A program made the translations under genes and the position numbers. A DNA stretch of 32,000 bases. Source: Pseudomonadota bacterium. GTDB taxonomy: Bacteria > Pseudomonadota > Alphaproteobacteria > Caulobacterales > Hyphomonadaceae. The notes beneath the pieces were generated by a model. That model worked only from the letters and a program-made list of their open reading frames with translations. It had not been told where the DNA came from and did no database searches. This document shows, one piece after another, positions 27,394-32,000 of the stretch (positions are counted from its first letter, which is position 1; every line of letters begins with the position of its first letter). The stretch is from positions 8,465 through 40,464 of the forward strand of contig JBCBUY010000003.1 of the NCBI GenBank assembly GCA_039817885.1, read 5' to 3'.

Positions 27394-27409
27394 CCAAACG
27401 GTCCTCCGG

Positions 27410-28864
27410 CTAATAGTATGCTGCCGGGTCTAGTGATGGTGTGTTCGCCGTCAAGCCATGGGGCGTCTTCGCCCAACTATAGGGCGATCTGAAAAGCTCC
27501 ATAATGGCCCGAGCAGCGGCAAGCGACAGGAGCGGCCAATAGATCGGTAAGGTCAAAACAAGGACCCAACGATGCTGTCCTCTGCCCGGTGCTGCCAATG
27601 CGGCAATAGCGTTGACGATGTAGCCGAGCCCAATCACCGCCAAGCTCATGGCGCTGACCCCCATCCCTGGCAGCGCGAGACTAATGAGGCACCAAAGCAA
27701 TAAGGGGCCGTGCAGGCAGGCGGAGAGTATAGCGCCGGCCAGTAGCAACTGGATGGACAGATAGCGCCTCAAGCCAAGCTCGGCGGCGACCGCTGCCGGG
27801 TGCGTCATTAGGACGGCCCAGGTCTGCATATAGCCCTTGATCCAGCGAGACCGCTGAGCGGTCCAAATGCTCAGTCTTTCGGGAGCCTCTTCAAGTGTCG
27901 GTTGGGAGATCGACGAAATCTGCCACCCCAGCCGGGCGAACCGCAGGCCAAGATCGGCGTCTTCGGTCACGTTCCATGCATCCCATCCGCCAACGGCCTT
28001 CAACACGTCAACTCGGAAATGATTGCTCGTGCCGCCAAGGGCGATCGGAAGCTTGGCCCTGGCAAGAGCCGGAACGATGAGACCGAAATGAACATCGTAT
28101 TCCAGCCCCCATTGACCTGCCGTCCAGCTGCAGGCGGCATTGTGGGCCCGCAGCGGAGCCTGCACACAAGCAACGTCGTTTGACGCCTTGTGCTCGAACG
28201 CCATAACAGCCGCCTTCAGCTGGGCGGGGTGCGGACGATCCTCTGCATCATAAATGGTTAGATACTGTCCGCGAGCGCGCGACAATCCAACATTCAGGGC
28301 TCGCGGCTTGGTGCGCGGCACCCCATCGGGCAGCGCTAGGATTGACCAATAGCCCGGCATATTGGCCTTCCTCAAAGCCTGTCTGGTCGGGTGGTCCGTC
28401 TCTTCGGTCAGGAAGATCACGTCCATTTTCTCGATCGGGTAATCAAGGCGTTTGATGGCCTCAACGATGGTCGGCACAGAGGCCGCTTCGTCGAACAATG
28501 GGACAAGGACAGTATAGTCGGGCCAGGATCTGAGTGGCGGACAACTTGGTCGCCCCGTGTGCATGCCTGCCTGCCTCAGCCAGGTCGAGAGGATAAGCGC
28601 CCCGCGCAATACGATCATTGAGAAGAAAAAAGAGAGCAGGACGCCTGAGACGATACGGATCGTCAGCCCCGGTGCGACGAGTGCCAGAAGACCGATGGCG
28701 ACAAGGGTGCCCCATATCCACCGGACCCGGCCGTCCAGCCGCCGGCTTGACAGGAGTGGGGCGGACTCTGCGAGACCGTTGGCGGCCCGGTGGGTCTCAA
28801 CTTCGGAGACCGTTTCGACGCGCGCTATGCCTTGATTTGTCCTGACTGCATCCGCCCCAACCAT
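27410..28864 (-). CDS. Processive family-2 glycosyltransferase (membrane-embedded glycan synthase, BcsA/NodC/PgaC-like)
   Basis: VLVPLFDEA, YDAEDRP (DxD-type), NVTEDADLGLRF (TED motif), QRSRWIKG (QxxRW). There are N-terminal TM helices and several C-terminal TM helices. Confidence 0.88.
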   Translation of the reverse strand: MVGADAVRTNQGIARVETVSEVETHRAANGLAESAPLLSSRRLDGRVRWIWGTLVAIGLLALVAPGLTIRIVSGVLLSFFFSMIVLRGALILSTWLRQAGMHTGRPSCPPLRSWPDYTVLVPLFDEAASVPTIVEAIKRLDYPIEKMDVIFLTEETDHPTRQALRKANMPGYWSILALPDGVPRTKPRALNVGLSRARGQYLTIYDAEDRPHPAQLKAAVMAFEHKASNDVACVQAPLRAHNAACSWTAGQWGLEYDVHFGLIVPALARAKLPIALGGTSNHFRVDVLKAVGGWDAWNVTEDADLGLRFARLGWQISSISQPTLEEAPERLSIWTAQRSRWIKGYMQTWAVLMTHPAAVAAELGLRRYLSIQLLLAGAILSACLHGPLLLWCLISLALPGMGVSAMSLAVIGLGYIVNAIAALAAPGRGQHRWVLVLTLPIYWPLLSLAAARAIMELFRSPYSWAKTPHGLTANTPSLDPAAYY

Positions 28865-28932
28865 GGAAGGATGAAAGACATGTAACGCTCAAGCAACAAT
28901 CAACCAAAACGCGAATCTAATGCGCATTACGA

Positions 28933-29175
28933 TCAGGAATCATCCTCGCTCGACACTGGCACCTTGGACGGCTGAGACGGCTCCGCACCGAGATTCCCGG
29001 TCGCCTTGTCGATCACATCATCGGTCAGTGTCTTGGCAAGTCCGGGGTCGCCGGGTGTCGGTCCACGCCTATGGCCACCGCCCCACCAGCCCCCGCCTCT
29101 CCACAATCGCATCAAGATCAACAAGATGAGCAGGAGGATCAGGAAGACCAGTATGTATTTCAGGAGTAAGAGCAT
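28933..29175 (-). CDS. Small single-TM protein with a Gly/Trp-rich juxtamembrane segment (80 aa)
   Basis: ATG with GGAG upstream. Leu-rich TM (LLLLKYILVFLILLLILLILM) followed by RLWRGGGWWGGGHRRG and an acidic tail. The overlapping + strand ORFs look like Arg/Pro/Ser-rich shadow frames. Confidence 0.45.
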   Translation of the reverse strand: MLLLLKYILVFLILLLILLILMRLWRGGGWWGGGHRRGPTPGDPGLAKTLTDDVIDKATGNLGAEPSQPSKVPVSSEDDS

Positions 29176-29199
29176 ATCTCCAGCTCCAGGTGACCGCGC

Positions 29200-29445
29200 T
29201 TAGTCTTTGCTGCCCTTCAGGGATGCAAGTTCTGCTTCCAGCGCGTCGATCCTCTCAACAGCTGCTTGCAGCAGGGATTTTAGCACATCAATATCCTCGC
29301 GGGTCGCGAGATCCATATCCGCAACGAGGCGCGCTGCCTGGTTCTGAACAAGGGTTTGGGCCTCCTCACCGACGGACCTGGCCGCCCCCATGGCTCCAGT
29401 CATCAGACCGGCTAATTCATCGAGCAGTGGATTTTGAGCCGCCAT
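29200..29445 (-). CDS. ubiK: UbiK/YqiC (BMFP) family accessory factor
   Basis: 81-aa coiled-coil protein. NPLLDELAGLMTGA...VADMDLATREDIDVLKSLLQAAVERIDALEAEL matches the UbiK/BMFP pattern. AGGAG RBS. Divergent from lgt. Confidence 0.8.
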   Translation of the reverse strand: MAAQNPLLDELAGLMTGAMGAARSVGEEAQTLVQNQAARLVADMDLATREDIDVLKSLLQAAVERIDALEAELASLKGSKD

Positions 29446-29523
29446 GGCGTTACTCCTTCAAGCAATTGTCGCCTTTCTGTCCTACCAGATGGTATCAAAA
29501 CGCTTAAGGGAAAAGGCCTTCCT

Positions 29524-30468
29524 ATGATTGCATTTGCCGCGCTCGCTTTTCCCGAGTTCAGTCCGTATGTGTTCACTATTCCGGAATTGAACCTGTTCGG
29601 ACTGGAAATCGGCCCTCTGCCGCTTCGCTGGTATGCAGTGTCATACATTATCGGGTTGCTCGCAGGGTTTGCCTATGTGAACCGCATTATTCAGACGCCG
29701 GCGCTGTATGGCGGTCCACCGCCTGTTACGCGCGAGGATACGGATGATGTCTTCGTGTGGGTTCTTATCGGCATGATCCTGGGTGGCCGCGTTGGATACG
29801 TGCTGTTTTATCAACTGCCCTTCGAGCCTGAGCGCATTGCTGCAGATCCTTTGAGCCTCATCCGGGTCTGGGATGGTGGTCTGTCCTTTCATGGCGGCTT
29901 CATCGGGGTTTGCCTGGTCATCTTCCTTGTCGCGCGGGCTCGAAAGATCCCGTTGCTTAACTTTGCCGATCTCGGGGCGATGCTTGCTCCGATTCCCGTG
30001 TTCGCGGTGCGCGTTCTCGGCAACTTCATGAACGCCGAATTATATGGCCGTCATACGGAGAGTTCGCTCGGTATGGTTTTTCCGGAAGGGTATTCTCGGA
30101 ACGCCTCCGGACCACCAGCTGCCTGGGATGCGGTTGAAAAGACGTGGGTCTATCTCGGTACGGAAATGCCCCGCCATCCAAGCCAGATCTATGAAGGTGT
30201 CTTGGAGGGGCTTATCCCCTTCATGGTTCTGGGCGTCCTGGCCTGGCGGTACAAGATCCTCCAGCGGCCTGGCCTTGCGACCGGAATATTCTTCATCATG
30301 TACGGTATTGGCCGGACGATTGCTGAGAATTTCCGCGAACCCGATGCCCATATCGGTTTCTTGCCGGGCGGCATTACGATGGGTATGCTTCTCTCCTTGC
30401 CGATCTGGATTGCGGGCGCGCTATTCATCTGGACTGCCCTGCGCACCGAACCCGCAAAGGCAGCATAA
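29524..30468 (+). CDS. lgt: Prolipoprotein diacylglyceryl transferase
   Basis: Lgt motifs: RWYAVSYIIG, GGRVGYVLFY, WDGGLSFHGGFIGV, HPSQIYE. The start is taken at ATG 29524; the track ORF is extended upstream. Confidence 0.93.
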   Translation: MIAFAALAFPEFSPYVFTIPELNLFGLEIGPLPLRWYAVSYIIGLLAGFAYVNRIIQTPALYGGPPPVTREDTDDVFVWVLIGMILGGRVGYVLFYQLPFEPERIAADPLSLIRVWDGGLSFHGGFIGVCLVIFLVARARKIPLLNFADLGAMLAPIPVFAVRVLGNFMNAELYGRHTESSLGMVFPEGYSRNASGPPAAWDAVEKTWVYLGTEMPRHPSQIYEGVLEGLIPFMVLGVLAWRYKILQRPGLATGIFFIMYGIGRTIAENFREPDAHIGFLPGGITMGMLLSLPIWIAGALFIWTALRTEPAKAA

Positions 30469-30516
30469 CAGGCTCAGCCGTTCCCTTTCGGATGAAAAGT
30501 CCCTAAGTAGCGCTCC

Positions 30517-31329
30517 ATGAAATTCTGGAAGATGAACGGTGCGGGTAACGCCTTCATGATATTCGATGCGCGGGAGACCCCTTTTGCGCCGAGTGATGAG
30601 CAGATCCGCCAGATTGCCTCGGAAACGCATGCCGACCAGGTGATTGCCCTGGAGCGCGCGCCAACGCGTGATGTCTTCATGCGCATCTGGAACGCAGATG
30701 GTGGAGAGGTCTCAGCTTGTGGAAACGTCACGCGCTGCGTCGGCGAGCTCATGCTGGCTGAAACTGGCAAAGACGTCGTGACGATCCAGACTGAAGCCGA
30801 TGTCCTCAAAGCGCGACGGACAGGACACGAGGGCATGATTACTGTGGATATGGGCTCGCCCCTGATGGGGTGGGAAGACATCCCCCTCGCCGAAGCCATG
30901 GATGTGCGCGGTGTTGATGTCAAAATCGGTCCGATCGATGACCCTATCCTGTCGCGCCCAGCTGTCGTTTCGATGGGAAACCCCCACGCGGTATTTTTCG
31001 TCGACGATGTCGATGCTTACGATGTTCCAGCCGTCGGGCCGCTCGTGGAAGGCCACCCGCTTTTCCCAGAGGGTGTGAATGTGGGCTTCGGCCAAGTGCT
31101 TGATCGGGAAACAATTCGCCTCAAAGTCTGGGAGCGCGGCGCAGGCCTCACCCTTGCCTGCGGCACGGGCGCTTGCGCGGCGCTGGTCTGTGCCGCTCGG
31201 GCCGGGCTCACCGAACGCAAGGCCAGACTGATGCTGGACGGTGGAGATCTATATGTGCACTGGCGCGAGGAAGATGACCGGGTTCATATGACCGGGCCGG
31301 TGGAACTGGAACTGGAAGGCGAAATTTGA
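30517..31329 (+). CDS. dapF: Diaminopimelate epimerase
   Basis: N-terminal KMNGAGNAF and two catalytic Cys contexts (VSACGNVTRC and TLACGTGACA). 270 aa. Confidence 0.92.
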   Translation: MKFWKMNGAGNAFMIFDARETPFAPSDEQIRQIASETHADQVIALERAPTRDVFMRIWNADGGEVSACGNVTRCVGELMLAETGKDVVTIQTEADVLKARRTGHEGMITVDMGSPLMGWEDIPLAEAMDVRGVDVKIGPIDDPILSRPAVVSMGNPHAVFFVDDVDAYDVPAVGPLVEGHPLFPEGVNVGFGQVLDRETIRLKVWERGAGLTLACGTGACAALVCAARAGLTERKARLMLDGGDLYVHWREEDDRVHMTGPVELELEGEI

Positions 31330-31364
31330 TCCGTCTTGTCGATATCCGACAAGACAAGCGGATC
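31328..31364 (+). terminator. Long hairpin immediately after the dapF stop (possible terminator, no U-tract)
   Basis: A perfect 9-bp stem GTCTTGTCG / CGACAAGAC with loop ATATC, extended by GATCC / GGATC across a 4-nt bulge. No T-run follows, so its role as a terminator is uncertain. Confidence 0.4.
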
Positions 31365-31412
31365 CGGCCGGACTAGGTTGGCCAGGCAGGCAAGCTATAA
31401 GGACGCCGACCA

Positions 31413-31898
31413 ATGATAGCCGTGCGTATCATGTTACTTGCGAGCCTTGGACTGATCTTCTCTGGCTCCGCTTGGTCCCAAATCGATGTGGAGTTTGACG
31501 AGGATAACCGCCAACACGTCTCTCTTGTCCTAGGCGGCACCTCCATTCCTTCGGCAGATGAAACGGCGTTCACCATAGGGATCGACTACGAGTATCGCCT
31601 TAACCGTTTGATTGGCGTCGGCGCTGTTGTCGAGCATGCGGTCGGCGATATTGATGCGACGACCCTGCTCGCGGTTGCCGACATCCATATCTGGAAAGGG
31701 CTCGCTATTCAGGCCGGCCCCGGGGTGGAATTTGCCGATGAGGGGGAGACCACTGAAACGTTCGCCATCGGCCGCATAGGTGCCTTGTACGAAGTTGAGA
31801 TCGAAGAGCGATTCACCATCGCGCCTCAAGTTCATTACGATATCTCGAGCGGACCGGACGCGGTCGTGTTCGGTTTGGCACTTGGCGTTGCATTTTAG
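31413..31898 (+). CDS. Small outer-membrane beta-barrel-like protein, function unknown
   Basis: Signal peptide (MIAVRIMLLASLGLIFSGSAWSQ), alternating hydrophobic beta-strand pattern, and a C-terminal ...GLALGVAF ending in Phe. AAGGA RBS. Confidence 0.6.
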   Translation: MIAVRIMLLASLGLIFSGSAWSQIDVEFDEDNRQHVSLVLGGTSIPSADETAFTIGIDYEYRLNRLIGVGAVVEHAVGDIDATTLLAVADIHIWKGLAIQAGPGVEFADEGETTETFAIGRIGALYEVEIEERFTIAPQVHYDISSGPDAVVFGLALGVAF

Positions 31899-32000
31899 GC
31901 TATAAATGCAGCCAAGCTCAGCACTCCCCAATTCAGGTGGATTGTCCTTCCCACCTCTTGCGGCTTAAACTGCCGGCTCTGGGGACAATAAGGGACGCAC

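Noticed and set aside
26708-27397. 229-aa ORF-track call spanning the SnoaL-like gene and beyond
   Set aside because: The N-terminal 99 residues are Arg/Cys-rich and overlap, in another frame, a far more convincing two-TM 74-aa ORF with a GGAGG RBS. ATG 27100 has its own GGGAGG RBS and gives a normal SnoaL-size protein.
30517-30580. DapF N-terminus KMNGAGNAF differs from the E. coli-type KMHGLGNDF
   Set aside because: Alphaproteobacterial DapF proteins vary at this motif as far as I recall (KMNGLGN-type). Both catalytic Cys contexts are intact.
1-32000. Search for mobile elements, CRISPR arrays, prophage or defence islands, and rRNA/tRNA genes
   Set aside because: I saw no transposase, integrase or recombinase-like ORFs, no regularly spaced direct repeats, and no cloverleaf or rRNA-like segments. 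Apart from 21.25-21.66 kb, composition looks uniform. This is visual inspection only and not a substitute for tRNAscan, Infernal or ISfinder runs.

Overview
This window looks like a moderately GC-rich chromosomal segment from an alphaproteobacterium. The lineage call rests on CtrA, SciP, a DUF4167 protein next to prmC-prfA, divergent ubiK/lgt and a long NusA. Most of it is core housekeeping. On the + strand: lnt (5' partial), an XRE-type HTH gene, trmB, then rimP-nusA-ylxR-infB-(YcxB-like insert)-rbfA and mnmA. On the - strand: prfA-prmC-DUF4167. Other genes are two paralogous M13 (PepO-like) metallopeptidases, a tightly coupled acyl-CoA dehydrogenase pair, a SnoaL-like protein, a processive GT2 glycan synthase flanked by tiny membrane proteins, lgt, dapF and a small beta-barrel protein. 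I recognised no rRNA, tRNA, CRISPR array, transposase or integrase. The most unusual locus is 10.3-15.9 kb: sciP, then a translationally coupled run of four flagellar-type genes, close to ctrA. The gene at the fliF position has only 208 codons. It keeps both TM helices, one RBM3-like core, the PFS motif before TM2 and the C-terminal FliG-binding helix, but has no room for RBM1, RBM2 or the beta-collar. It is followed by a short FliG, a 130-aa FliH/FlbE-position protein and a bare-SpoA FliN. No fliM, flbD or export-gate genes are in the window. All family assignments come from motifs read by eye and recalled consensus sequences. No database search was run.
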